From: Catajapyx aquilonaris
Lineage: Eukaryota
DNA: 64,000 bases
NCBI GenBank assembly: GCA_000934665.2
Contig: KZ538165.1
Location: 1-64,000, forward strand
Direction: 5' to 3'
Part shown: piece after piece, positions 35,514 through 47,909 of the stretch
How the letters are laid out: each line of letters begins with the position of its first letter
How positions within the stretch are numbered: the stretch's first letter is position 1
Notes under the pieces: generated by a model
What the model saw: only the letters and a program-made list of their open reading frames with translations
Told to the model about the DNA's origin: nothing
The model's database searches: none
Program-made: the position numbers and the translations under genes

Positions 35514-37491
35514 TTGGCGATGTTACAGCCGACCTTGATCTCCCTTACTAAGTGTTGCATGTGAATTGTCCTTAATATGATTACGTTTTGGTATTAGTTA
35601 TAACTGTGGCACAACGCTGCTTATTATCGAGCAGTTACTTTAATATTGTTACAGGACTTTCAGGAAGTAGAGAAAATACTGCGACTATAAGGGTCAATGG
35701 GAAGCATCCTTCTTGGCAACTTGTTAGAGCAGTACAATGCGGTCTGGGAGAAAAGAAATTCAACCCTTGACCTGCGATGCCAGTATTCATAATAAAGAAG
35801 TGCTTCATTTCCGATATTTGGAATGTCAATTCAGGATTTGAAACTCTCTCCACATTCAATTTAATACGCGACATTTTTATGCGGCCCTTAGAAATGTATG
35901 TTAGAGATTCTGCTTAAAGGAGCCTAATTGCGATAACTGACATTCAGTGACACCATGTAAGCATATGTAAGCTGATATGTAACGTGGTGTTGATAGATTT
36001 AGCCGTGTTTCATCACTTTTTAGCAATGGCATAACTCTAGACGGCTCTAGACCTTTGAACCGATGAACCTGAAAAAATTCACATGATTGCCTCGCCATTA
36101 CAAGGCCATATCCGACAAAATACTGTAACGTCCAATAAAATAAAAGAGCGTGAGCTTAGTGGAATATTTCCATTTTCTGCCATGACCACCTCCATACGTC
36201 TGTTGGAAATACTTTGTTTCAATACATTTTCTTCTACAGTAGACGAATAGACACATAACGTATAGCAGCAAGAGGTCGACGACAACTGCAATTCAGTTTA
36301 GTCCGCCATTAATGATCCAAATCGCATACCTAGCTAATTTTGTATAGTGGGTGGACACCTGGGACAGATTCGTCGCATGTGCTAGCAGCTCAGCAAGTAT
36401 CGCATCTCGTCAATAATTAACTGTTTACGATTTTATGACGCTCAGCTTTCTGTGACGGGAGCAAACATTATGGAGAAAACCGGGGAGTAAATTTTGTCAC
36501 CATTTTCGCGATCAATTATTCTGACCCGTTGCATTATTTTCAGTTCTAATCGAGCTTTTACGAGTGAAGTTATCTACAGTAAAAGAGTGGTTCCAACTGA
36601 GATAAACCGCAGCCTCTTGCAAAAGTGGACTTGCAGGTTGGAAAGCTTCCAACGGCAGAATCGAGATAAAACGAGATTTCCTGACCTCGCCCAACACCGT
36701 CTGCCACAGTCTGCCACTTATACACCAAAACGTCTTATCCAATAACCCCTCCACCCCGTGCACCAAACTTAATCCGGATGCTAAAACGGAACTTCCTTAA
36801 AAGTTTCCGATAAACGGAGAAAAAAATAGCAAAATATGTAAGCCATTATTAATTTTCAAGGTTACAAGTTCCCGTCTCTTATACATAAATGGAGCCCATC
36901 CTTTCCGAGTATTTTCTGGCATATAAAGCCAGTCATAAGGCTCCCATTTGGGAGAAAGTAGGACAACGTCGCTGGAGGAAAAGAGGTTTATAGCAGCTCA
37001 GGGAGGAGACCTTCCTTTTGTTTCAAGGTTGTCAGAGATTATTAGGGAAGATCAGGGCTCAAAGCGTGCTAAATCCTCTAACCAACCGCATCAAAGCCAT
37101 GTGACCCGCATAATACAGCTCATTTTTTCCAATCTAGCCCAAAGTTTTAATAATAATGTCCCGGCTCTTAGGAGTGTCAATGGCTACACATATGTAATGC
37201 CTTTCACTAGAGAGGCTGCACGTACTCGCCCCACGTGCGGTGCATATGATATCACGTATACCGCACGTTTCGCACACCCCCAGAAAAATAATGAGCCACC
37301 ATTTGGTCCATACATGTTGTCTCTCTTCTACATTTCCCAGCTGGGTGGATATAGGTTGTACAAGTAGATAGAGGGTAAAGCTGGGTTGGTGGTGGTGGGG
37401 GGGGGGGACGTCGCTGGAATAACGGGGATCAATACTTGCGAATGGGTCAGGACGCCGCGGCGACGGCGGCGACGCCAGCCCCACGCACAAC

Positions 37492-37540
37492 ATGGCGGAG
37501 ACACCGTCAGGATGCAGAGGGACACAGCAGGCAGGGGCAG
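37492..37540 (+). other. Putative leader exon of the PY-motif gene with a strong-context ATG (uORF part 1, MAETPSGCRGTQQAGA)
   Basis: GC-rich island 37440-37500; caacATGG context; CAG|gtaag donor at 37540/37541. Confidence 0.6.
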
Positions 37541-38324
37541 GTAAGAGAGACACACTCGCACTTCATATCTGATCATGCTAGGACTTTAGATTTGAACAGT
37601 GCGGCATGAGCATTTTGGCGCCTTGAAATTGTGTGACAATGTGGTGCGTGTTGGCGTGTGGACTTGTGTGTGCGCGCGCGTGCTCTGCATTACGGGAAGT
37701 GACACCTTTTGCATGTGTGCTGCTTAGGAGAGGAGGCTGAGTATTTCGCATGATTGGTACAGGGTCAGGTTCCACGTTCGTGACAGTCATCAAAATAGAG
37801 AGGACCTAAGCATAATGATGAGCTTTATGTGTTTCCAACTCCAAAAAGAAAAATTCTGTTTGCAATACAGTATCCAGCACTTCGTATAAATTTCCTCCTT
37901 ATACACAGTATCACACTTGATGGTCGTATTCGCTTAGCTGATATTCCAGTTAGCTGCAGTAGTGTTTCAAAAATTAACAAACATTCTCCAAGGTTTATGT
38001 TACTTATACTGCTAGTCTGTTTTATTCACGCAGAACGCTTATTGCTCTAACATTTCCGCATATAGTTACAATTTTAAAGCATAATTTTCTGTTTAATGCG
38101 TGCTTACTATAAAATTATTTGAATACAATAAAAAATACGATGGACGTAAAACCGGAGGCAAATGAAGAAAGGTAAATGCATGGCTTAAAAGTCGATAACC
38201 TTTTAAGTGCTCCCTAGGGGTGATCAATTATTGGAAAACGTATATCGAAACAGTCATCGTCTTCCGTATTCCGCTCTTTTACGGCACATCAGCTCCAAAA
38301 TATCGGTTGTAACTTGGCCTCACA

Positions 38325-38394
38325 GCCTCTGTAGTTTAGTGGCAGAACACATACTCTCGGGCTATGGACCTGGGTTCGATTCCCAGCAGAGGCA
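38325..38394 (+). pseudogene. tRNA-like cloverleaf (tRNA pseudogene or SINE head)
   Basis: Acceptor stem GCCTCTG/CAGAGGC, D arm GTTT/GAAC, T arm CTGGG-TTCGATT-CCCAG; anticodon stem has a C:C mismatch and the loop lacks U33. Confidence 0.65.
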
Positions 38395-39584
38395 CATAGG
38401 TTGGAGTTACTGCAGTATAATGAGCATCAACGTTCGCTTTTCTTACTAGCTGCGAAAATAATTTCTGCTACGAGGGTTTGTCCGCAATGTGTAAGTTAAA
38501 TTGAATGGCCCCTGCAAAACAGGCATCCATGTAGCTGCATGCGATGCACGGGCTGCCTACTTGTCAGGATACACAGAATTTCACTTTGCTGTTTGTTCGT
38601 GTCAGATTGTCATTCGGTATGTCCAGGGTTCGATTCTGGGTCCTCTAATCTTTATAAGGCTTTCTTTAAGATTCATTGTTCAGATATAGGCATATGCCAG
38701 GCTCGTTTCATTAAAATCCCCAGCAGGCCTGCATAATAAAGATAACATGACTTGATAGCAGAGATCTTATACCGCGGACCACTTCGGCCGCTTTTTCCTT
38801 TAGCGGGGTGCGATGGGTATAGGGATAGGAGGGGGGTTCGCCAGAGTTACATATACAGTAGTTTGTATCAGTGCAGTGCTGCATTTGAACAAAGCATACA
38901 TTATAATATGAGGAGGTGCATTCAAACGCGACCTATCTATTACAGGTTTAAATATTTCTGGCGGGCTCTATGATTAGGAAATGCAACATTTGAAAAACTC
39001 GGGAAAATGTTACAAAAAATTGTATAGACACTGTGTTCATTGAAATATACACATCATTGCTATTTGGAATACTCATACAGCGCACCACAAAAATAGCTTC
39101 ACATCATAAATAAATCTGGATGTCACTTTGAAATGGATATCCTCACCTCCCTACGCTATTTTTCTGTTTTCGACTACTATCAATTCCAAGGACCATAATA
39201 TATCATCATATTGCACAATGCCTAAAGTTTCGACCAAAGTGTGATTCTGATTGCTCTGGTTTTCAAGTCTTCACAACATATTAATTTATTGGTTCTTTGG
39301 GTAAATCGTAGATATATTACACTTCGGAATGGTATACATCAAGGACTTTCGCAACCATGTTGTAAAAGCCCTGATGCCCATGACTGAAGACCTATCATCT
39401 CCGAAAAACAGCTTAAAAATATGTATTGATATTCCTAAGGTCATCAACTTTTTAAATTAAATCACTTAATAATCACTAATGTAATAAATATTTTCACCGG
39501 CGCCCTGAACAGGTTGTACGGATTGCAATACACTGTATTGCCCTTTTACTAATATATTGTCATTACGAAAATATGCATCTACAG

Positions 39585-39954
39585 CAGGGGTGGGCAACTT
39601 ACGGCCCGCGAAGACAATTTGTGCGGCCCGCGCAAAAATTTCGTAATTCTTGAAATTTTTGATAAATTACAATTGCAAAATTTTATGCCCGTGCCTTTCT
39701 TTTGAATTCTTTTAAATACACAAAAACACTGTTTTTATTTATTTATACAGGCATTTTCATTGATATATTTAGATAATTTTATCGATTTTCAGAGAATTTA
39801 ATGATAATTTATGCAATTAATGGAAGTTCATTTAAAACGATGGATATATAATTGTAAACTTTTTCATAAGTTGAAATTTCTTTTGTTAGATGCGACCCGT
39901 CAAATTTTTGAAATCTCTATGCGGCCCACGGAGAAAAAAGGTTGTCCATCCCTG
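39585..39954. mobile_element. hAT (Charlie-like) MITE
   Basis: TIR CAGGGGTGGGCAAC / GTTGTCCATCCCTG; CGGCCCGC subterminal repeats; 8-bp TSD atctacag. Confidence 0.92.
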
Positions 39955-41138
39955 ATCTACAGGGTTTCCGAGAGGACGGCATGCAGGGTCAGTGTACAAG
40001 TAGATCAAGTGACTCTGGAAACAGGGCTAGTGATTCACGTATTTAAATAATTTCGTCAACGCCGCAACTTGGCCTCTGTCAGGGGCTAGGGGCGATCATG
40101 TTATATGTGCTTATACATCCATGTTCCTATAACCCATGTTGAAAGTGTGACACAAATGCATAAGAAAAAGAAAGGAAAACTAGCTAGCACAACATCAGGC
40201 ACCTTTTTTTCGAGTCGAAATTCCCACATTTTTTCTGTGCCTATTAGCACATCGAAAATGGTATTAAATTGCATTACGTTTCATGTTACGATCTTGCCGA
40301 AATATGCAAACCTACAAACATGGATACGAGTAGGTATAGCAAATATTTCCATGTTTGACGTCACCATAAGTAGAGATTAATAGGAGACATGAATTTCCCC
40401 TATGTGTATTACTTGTATGCTTCACACGCTGAGCAAATGGCTTTGTGTATAAAAATACTCTGCTCTTGTCCTAGTATTTTACGCACCTGTTGCTTTCCAC
40501 GTCTACACAAGTCAAAAATATTATTTCTCTTTTCACATGCATCCAATGATAAAACCCGATTTCTGCTGCATGTAATGCATATTTTTAAGAATATAATTAC
40601 ACTTTAAAAATACTCGTGAAATCACTAATCCAAAGACTGACTATCAATGATCAGAAGAGAACACTGCTGTAAACCTGGCGGTATTGACTTCCTGGCAAGA
40701 CATGAGTTATCTAACAATCAATTAATGTTTTATCCAATGATCATATTTAAATGTACCCAATGCATAATTCAGCAGTCTTCACTGAACATTTTTGTTGTTC
40801 CAAGACACTTTTGCTCTAGCTACAGAACAATGAGTTGGAACTTTGCCATAATGTAACATATATTTTTAACCTCATGCAAGCATTATTGTACCCTGTCTAA
40901 TTACAGTAAAACCTCGATATGTGTCTTTAAGAGACCGACCCAACGTAGCGTTATATGAGGGAAATACGATTTAATTCACCCTTTATGTAGAAAGCGGTTC
41001 GATGGGTTCTCTGTATTCGCGTGGGTTTTCTCGGAGTTCTCCCGTTTCCTCCTACTATCAAAACCCATCACATGACAGGCAATGAATAAAGACGGTCAAT
41101 TAAAAGATGATCCTCTAAGAGAGGCCCATCACCAGGTA

Positions 41139-41177
<39 letters not shown>

Positions 41178-41203
41178 TTCTACTACTACTACCACTACTA
41201 CCA

Positions 41204-41794
41204 CCGTATTACCTCTCATATTGGGGCATGCTGGTGTAGGGGAGGTCGACCAGTTTTTAGAAATGCATGAGCTGGTATCTATACCTGCATGCCGGTATAA
41301 GGCGAGGTATGCCGGTATAAGGCGAGGTTTTCACATAAGTTACATTATACTTTCTGAACTTGATATTTGCCTGAAAATCGAAATTCACGTAAAGGCTATC
41401 GAAAAGGCACATTTTCCAAATAGGGTACCCATACCATATATTGTTTTCAATCGCAGTGTTTGGCAATAATCTCTATTCAATCAGTATGTTAGAGCAGGGG
41501 GTTCCCCTGTCAAAGCAGGCTGACGATGGGATTGGTCATACACTCTACATTTTTTAAATACATTGTGCAATAGAACTGACATATTCTCACAGCCTGTACA
41601 CTCGCCCATTTTCATTGTAACATTATTTTAGTATGGTACCAGAAGCATTCCCAAAAATTTGGCAAGGATCCAAATTACGGAAATCTACCTCGGTTATTGC
41701 CGCATACCGGCCACCCCCGGGTTATACCGGCATGCTGGTCGACCTCGTTTTATACCGGCGTGCCGCAATATGAGAGGTAAATCAGGTAATACGG
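41204..41794. mobile_element. Tc2/pogo-type MITE
   Basis: CCGTATTACCTCTCATATTG ... CAATATGAGAGGTAA(atcaggtaa)TACGG; GCCGGTATAA subterminal repeats. Confidence 0.82.
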
Positions 41795-41876
41795 TATTAT
41801 TTTTTTTATTATTCACCCTTTGCTCGAGAAATGAATGCCTTCATCTATGTAGATGGATGCTTATAAGCCATGTTAA

Positions 41877-42166
41877 CCCTGGAACCGTGACGTGGGGTCT
41901 TGTATAGGACCCCAAAGGAATTAAAATGCATTAAATTGATAATTACAATGAACTTTTGCCATTTAAAAATATATATAACAGGAAGTGCATGTCTATTTGG
42001 AATTAGCGATCATTTTAGGCATTGTTCAAAGAATGATTGCATAAAATTATAGTCAATATATTGAAAAGTATTATATAAAAATTAATAAAAATTAAAATAT
42101 GGATGGAGTCCTAAAATACCCCACGTCACAGTTGCCGTAACTTTCAGGCACGTCACGGTTCTAGGG
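41877..42166. mobile_element. piggyBac-type MITE (copy 2, uninterrupted)
   Basis: TTAA|CCCTGGAACCGTGACGTG ... CACGTCACGGTTCTAGGG|TTAA; collinear with 6111-6979 minus the insert. Confidence 0.92.
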
Positions 42167-43558
42167 TTAAAACCTGACCTGACCGGCCCACGTACCAAGT
42201 AGGTTACAGTCTTTCCCGAAAGTTGAGGACCATCCCCATCCAGAGGTTTTCCATTTCTCAAGCTTAAGCTTATGGTACAAATTTAAAATATAAGGTACGG
42301 TTGAAAGCGTCTTCAAAAACGCTATATATGGCATCGTCGGATAACCGAAAAGATCGGATAATCGGAGGAGCAAAAAAACTTTAATAAAACACAACAAAAA
42401 AAGATATAAAAACATGAAATAACGTACAATATTATGGTTTTATAAGAAATAGTTAAGTATTTATCTTTTACACACTATACTGTACTGCATTTACAATTTA
42501 CCTATGGCAGAACAAACACATGCATGGAACATGACAGTATTTAATGAAAAAAAATACAGATTTATTGCCGGAGCGAGACGGTCGGATAAACCGAGGAGTC
42601 GGATAATCGGGTTATACAGTATATAGCTAAATATTAATCCATAAATGTGACCATCACGAATTGACACGTGGTTTTTTTCTTATTTTTAAGAAATAAACGC
42701 CGAACAAGGGTAAAATCCACAAAAACATTTAAAAATCTGTGGCCGAATTCGAATTTTGTCAATTTCCCTCACTTTCCTCCCCATAGTCGCGATTATGGGG
42801 AGGAAAGTGGCGGAAATTGACCTTATATGCGGGATAAGTGTCTCTGGGGACCAGAGAAACCGAGCGGTATATGCGGGAAAGCGCTATAAGACGGGAAAAT
42901 TCCCATTGGGCCTTATGGGGCTGACCAAGGGACCGGAAAAAAGGGCGTTAAAAGCGGGACAGCGTTATATCGAGGTTTTATTGTATTTAAAAAATACTGG
43001 TAGTGAACAATTAATGTGACAAGTTATTTAGCTGCTTATATACTCTGGGTTCGTCCATAAAGTATGTCATGTTGACCTATACGGATATTTTGACCCCCCC
43101 CCCCCNCCAACCCCATGTCATCCAGCGTGACATATGGTACTTTGTGGACAACCCCTTTTCTGGCATGTGAATAATGTATTTCAGAAAAACGGGTCACATT
43201 GATGAAATTTGTCTGACTAATTGTAAATCAGCCATCATACAACTTCATGACACCTTAGGACTTGCAGACCTCCAGGGGTCTATGAATCACTGGTTGAAGA
43301 CTGACAGTTTAATAAGGGTTGGGATTTTGTCATTCTGTTAGGGCTAGTAGCACAGCTCTCAGGAAATTTGTGCCAGGTTGGAAAATTAAGAGAAAATAAA
43401 AAAAATTACAGTAGTTATTATTGGTGACAATAAAATTTTTACTGCCACTATTATAGTCTACATACTTTAAAATATGGAATAAAGTTTCGGACAGTGCAAC
43501 CAGTGCTCAGCTGAAATCCAATAATGCTCCTCAAAGTGTCTCTGTAACCTCACTTTGC

Positions 43559-43612
<54 letters not shown>

Positions 43613-43624
43613 CAACAACAATAA
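43559..43624 (+). repeat. (TAA)n/(CAA)n microsatellite
   Basis: Direct reading. Confidence 0.9.
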
Positions 43625-43666
43625 ACCGACTTCAACAATAACAATAATATCATGATAACAGACTCA

Positions 43667-43785
43667 GGGCCGTTTTCTCGAACAGTGGTTCAAACCCTTG
43701 ACAACCAAGGACAACAAGCAATTCAAGGGTTCAAACTGGCTTTGAACCGGGTTTACATTTGAACCACTGTTCGAGAAAATGGCCC
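43667..43785. mobile_element. PIF/Harbinger-type MITE
   Basis: TCA|GGGCCGTTTTCTCGAACAGTGGTTCAAA ... TTTGAACCACTGTTCGAGAAAATGGCCC|TCA. Confidence 0.85.
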
Positions 43786-44606
43786 TCAACCTGACATGAC
43801 AAGTTAAATTCTTATTACACAGGATCCAATTGTTGCCAAAGCAACACCAACAATGTACGTAGGGGAGAAGTTATATTGATTTCTTACTATAAACTAATGG
43901 ACACTTTCACTTGCTGTAATTAGTATTTCTGTTTAAACTTGTTGCTGAAGTAAACAATCCACACCTGCCCAAACTCCTGCATTAATTTCCTCTAAGTAAT
44001 TAGTGCAAATCAGGAAAGGCAAAGATTCTCAAGGGACTAATGAATAAATTTAGATACATTTCAGACCATTTCAAATAATCATACCTATTATCTTGGTCTT
44101 AAGCAAGGGAGTGCAAGTCTGCCCAGACATGTCAGTAGAAACATGGAAACGAAATGAAGCGAAGGTAACAGGAATTGAATCTGAACCATGGACTTCCTGC
44201 TTGGCTGACCAGTGGCATATAACCATTAAACTACCCTGTCCAGGCTTCCCCCCATGATCTACTGGAGTTATTTAGGAGTATTTTGCAGTATGTGAATAAT
44301 TGTAAAAACCCATACCATTACAAATTTTTTTGGTTCAGCAGTTCTCATTTTCCACATAGCTCACTTATTATTTCTAACAGTTTCTTTCCTTTTTGTTTGA
44401 TACTAGTGATGTAAGTAGGATACAAGAAAAATGTCTATAAATGTTGGCATGAATGTTGTTGAACTGTCAGATGTGAATGTGAACTGGGTCCCTTTCCTTT
44501 CAATCCTTCCCACAGATGACTCAGAGTGGTTTCTCAGTGGCTAAAAAAGCCAGAAACCCGGCAGCCAGTGCGGCCACTTTCCAGTGCAGGTGAGACGAGC
44601 TGTGTG

Positions 44607-45866
44607 ATGCACTTCTGGATTGACAAGCGCAGTGAAGAGTGTGGCTTCCACGGGAGACGTCAAGCGTCATTGCTGCTACCCCCTGGCCCCAGCTCCTCTG
44701 GCTCCTACTACTTGGGCGGCGGCCGTGGCCTCGGCCGACGCCGCAAGCCGCCGATGGTCACTCCAGTGCACCGCTTCCAACCCATTGACTCCCTCCGTGA
44801 GGAGTTGCAGCAGCAGCAGCAAGCTAGGAGGGTCAACAATGCTGGACATGCTCGCCGCCGACGCTCCCGCTCTCGAGAGAGCAGCCATCGGACACGTGAT
44901 AGGAGTGGGCTGGCACCTGAGATGGCTAGTTTGGCTCCTGTATCCTGGGATCCTAGTCCAAACAGCCCTCTGCCAAATGGTCTGGTGGTTCACACACAGA
45001 CAGGACTCAGTCCGGAAACAAGCGTGTACCTGAGTGTACCAAGTGAGGATGGTACCTCCAGACGGGCCTCCACATCTGCCTCTTCAACTGCTGCCTCTCC
45101 ACGATATGGCTATGCTCCAGCGGCCTCTCCAGGTGGCAGTGTGGCATTTCTTCCCATGGGTCGCCTCAAGTGTGTTATGTGGGCTTGCTTTGCCCTCCTC
45201 ACAGTGCTTGTGGCCAGTGCCAAGTTTTATCTAGACCGATACCGTGCAGGTTTTGAACTACTGGGTCTTGCTCTGGTCCTCTTGCTCTTCCTATTAGTGG
45301 GCTGCACAGTGTCTTTTTTTCGATTGAAAACTAGGCGATATCTTGTGTCACGGGTGGCTGGGGATGATCCCACTGGAGGTGAGAGTGCCGGAGGGTCAGG
45401 TAGCAGCAGTGGTGTGGCCATTCACCATCGCCTCCTTTTGCTGCCCCCCTCTTCCTCCTCGCCAATTGCCACCAACCGTTTTTACCGACCCCAACGCCTC
45501 ACACTGCGCCCTGTGCGGGTGTCCCGCAGCCAGCCCAACATGCAGGAATTACCAAATGGGCCCACTAATCAGGAGTCTAGCAGCCAGCAAGAAGCAGTCA
45601 CTTCCAGAGGTGAGGCACCCACACCAGCTGCAGGAAACAGCAATGTGGCCATGCTAGCTGCCTCCCTAGCGCTTCGACGCTCCCACTCAACATATTCACA
45701 ACAGACAATGAGTTCCCTCAGCCCTTCAGAAGGATGGTCAGATGGGGCACCACCACCCTATCATGTGGCCATTCTTTTGCCAGCCCCTCCACTCATTGAG
45801 GCACCAATTGAAAGACAGGGGAGCTCAGAGACTCCACCACCTTCTTATGAAAAGGCCATCAGCTGA
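44607..45866 (+). CDS. Uncharacterised ~419-aa membrane protein: basic/disordered N-terminus, two hydrophobic helices, cytoplasmic-type tail with two PPxY motifs
   Basis: Long GC-elevated ORF downstream of a strong acceptor (cctttcctttcaatccttcccacag|, 44515/44516); first in-frame ATG at 44607; VMWACFALLTVLVASA and FELLGLALVLLLFLLVGCTVSFF; APPPYH and TPPPSYEKAIS*. Confidence 0.85.
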   Translation: MHFWIDKRSEECGFHGRRQASLLLPPGPSSSGSYYLGGGRGLGRRRKPPMVTPVHRFQPIDSLREELQQQQQARRVNNAGHARRRRSRSRESSHRTRDRSGLAPEMASLAPVSWDPSPNSPLPNGLVVHTQTGLSPETSVYLSVPSEDGTSRRASTSASSTAASPRYGYAPAASPGGSVAFLPMGRLKCVMWACFALLTVLVASAKFYLDRYRAGFELLGLALVLLLFLLVGCTVSFFRLKTRRYLVSRVAGDDPTGGESAGGSGSSSGVAIHHRLLLLPPSSSSPIATNRFYRPQRLTLRPVRVSRSQPNMQELPNGPTNQESSSQQEAVTSRGEAPTPAAGNSNVAMLAASLALRRSHSTYSQQTMSSLSPSEGWSDGAPPPYHVAILLPAPPLIEAPIERQGSSETPPPSYEKAIS

Positions 45867-46899
45867 GCAATTTCTTTCTACTGTACTTGCATTCTCTCGC
45901 ACACTAACTGCAATCAAAGTCATGTTACTTCAACCATTGTTACCAAACACCTTGTGGAAAGGGCACCTTCCATTAGACTATTCTATCTGTACCAGGCCAG
46001 TATTTACAACCCAATAATTATGCTTTGATTATTATTTAAAACAACAATTATTTACATCCTAAATGAAACTTATTTACTTGGGAAAATTGCATGGTAAGAA
46101 GCAGATGGTTTTTGACAATGAAAAATATTCAACTTACGGTACTTAATTCAGCTACATTTGGTGGTGAGGTGGTCACATTTTAGACAGACATGTCAGTTCT
46201 TTATTTGAAGCATTGTTACTGATAAATATTGACAAATAAAAAAATGGCCAAGTATTATTGCAATGGTAATATCATGTCAGTGGGACAGCATAACAAGCCC
46301 ATTTTCAGCAGTAAGAGTTGATCTAATGGTATATAAACTCCATGCCCATCAGCTGCCTTGGGAATGGAAGTCAATTACTTTAATGAATGAAGAGTCATTC
46401 CCTCTTTAGTTAGGAATGAAAAAAAGCACGTTATCTTGGCCAGGTATGCAGGTCTGCAAGAAATAATGCACAGAATTTCCAAATAATAATGTCGTGACCT
46501 GGAACTTTATACATTTTCTTTCTTCATGTTTCTCTCCAGGCCTGTACACAAGGTTTGTACAAGAAAATACTAAAGATTTTATTGATCTCATTCAGATGAA
46601 GCGGTTTAGTGAGATATTTGTAAAATCTACTGTTTTAAATCCCCAAACTTACCTATATGAGTTTAACATAAACCTATGAAGGACTGCTCTTGGAGATCCC
46701 CCTTCAGTTGGCCTGGGGCAGAAAATGTTATTGTTATTATGATTGTATTCAGCAAATCATTTTCAAAATGATTCCCAAACTGGTGTATATGTATGAAAGT
46801 ACCTATCTGAACCTATTTTTGCACATAACATCTGAAGATGTTCATGCAGTGACACAAGTTTTGCAGTTTCTTTCATACTGACTTGAATTTTTGCACATA

Positions 46900-47325
46900 C
46901 AGTAGAACCCACGGGACCAGGGAATGGTCAGATAACAAAAAAGATCGGATAATCCGAGGAGTAAAGAAAACATTAATGAAACACAACAAAAAAACATACA
47001 AAAGCATGAAATAATGTACTATATCACTCAAAAACATAGAGACGATTTTGCATTTGACTCCAGTGCAGCCTGAACTGGAATCAAATGCAAAATCGTCTGT
47101 GTTTTTGAGCGATATAGTACAATATCATGGTTTTCTAAAAAATAGTGAAATATTTATCTTTTACATAGACACTCTACTGCTGAAAATTTAACTAAGTCAA
47201 TAGAAAACAAATGCTCAGAAGGCCTACATTGCAGTATTTGATGAGAAAAGATTGATTTATTCAGATTTATTGCTGGAGCACGACGGCCGGATAAACTGAG
47301 GAGTCGGATAATCAGGGTTCTACTG
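46900..47325. mobile_element. Tigger-type MITE with a nested 99-bp hairpin MITE (47019-47117)
   Basis: TA|CAGTAGAACCC ... GGGTTCTACTG|TA; sister copy at ~42340-42620 lacks the insert; the insert has TIR CTATATC(A/G)CTCAAAAACA and a TA duplication. Confidence 0.85.
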
Positions 47326-47381
47326 TATAACTACTTCTACACCACCATGAGGTCTTAAAACCTTATGGTACCCTCTTCACA

Positions 47382-47553
47382 AGTACAGTGTAGGACATTA
47401 ATCGCATCATACTGCTAGAGTCGACATTTTCTGAAGCAGAAGAAGACAGAATGGAAGCAATGGATAGTGCAAGCTGTGCGAGCAAGATTCGTTCTTCTGT
47501 CGCTTCGGAAAATGTCACTAGCAGCATGACGCGATTAATGTCCAACACTGTAC
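47382..47553. mobile_element. Hairpin MITE
   Basis: gtacagtgtaggacattaatcgcatcatactgctag pairs with ctagcagcatgacgcgattaatgtccaacactgtac. Confidence 0.7.
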
Positions 47554-47909
47554 CAACCTTGAGTCAGTCACTATCACTGCTTTGGTTCGTAGAGGAAGAA
47601 AAACTCTGACAGGATGTTCAGATCTCTTTATAAGAGGCAAAGTAATCAGTGGCTATTTCTGCAGGCAATGCCATATTGTAGGATTTTTATGATGGTGTGA
47701 CAATACATAAATGAATCGGTCATTGCAGAAGAGGCAGTCATAAAAGTGTCATTTTGCAGAAAGTCCAAAAACTGTGCTGATTCTCTTTTGATGGAGATCC
47801 AAGAAAGAAAATCAACTGAAACTGCTGTTGCCCCAATGGCAACCAAGTTTGGGTGGGTAGGCGAAAGTCATCAGATGCCTCAGAATTGTTCATGTTTAGG
47901 TTCTAAAAA

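Larger units (their letters stand above)
33796..35545. mobile_element. pogo/Fot1-like non-autonomous element hosting nested inserts
   Basis: agggagatcggggtcggttgtaaca versus tgttacagccgaccttgatctccct; TA flanks; internal TGTTACAACCGGCCCC repeats. Confidence 0.7.
40904..42983. mobile_element. Tigger-like outer termini enclosing a nest of other elements
   Basis: TA|CAGTAAAACCTCGATAT ... ATATCGAGGTTTTATTG|TA; encloses a SINE-like fragment, (TAC)n, Tc2-type, piggyBac-type and Tigger-type pieces. Confidence 0.6.

Noticed and set aside
44526..44606. GTG-initiated N-terminal extension given by the ORF track
   Set aside because: Eukaryotic gene; the first in-frame ATG is 44607 and nothing supports a non-AUG start
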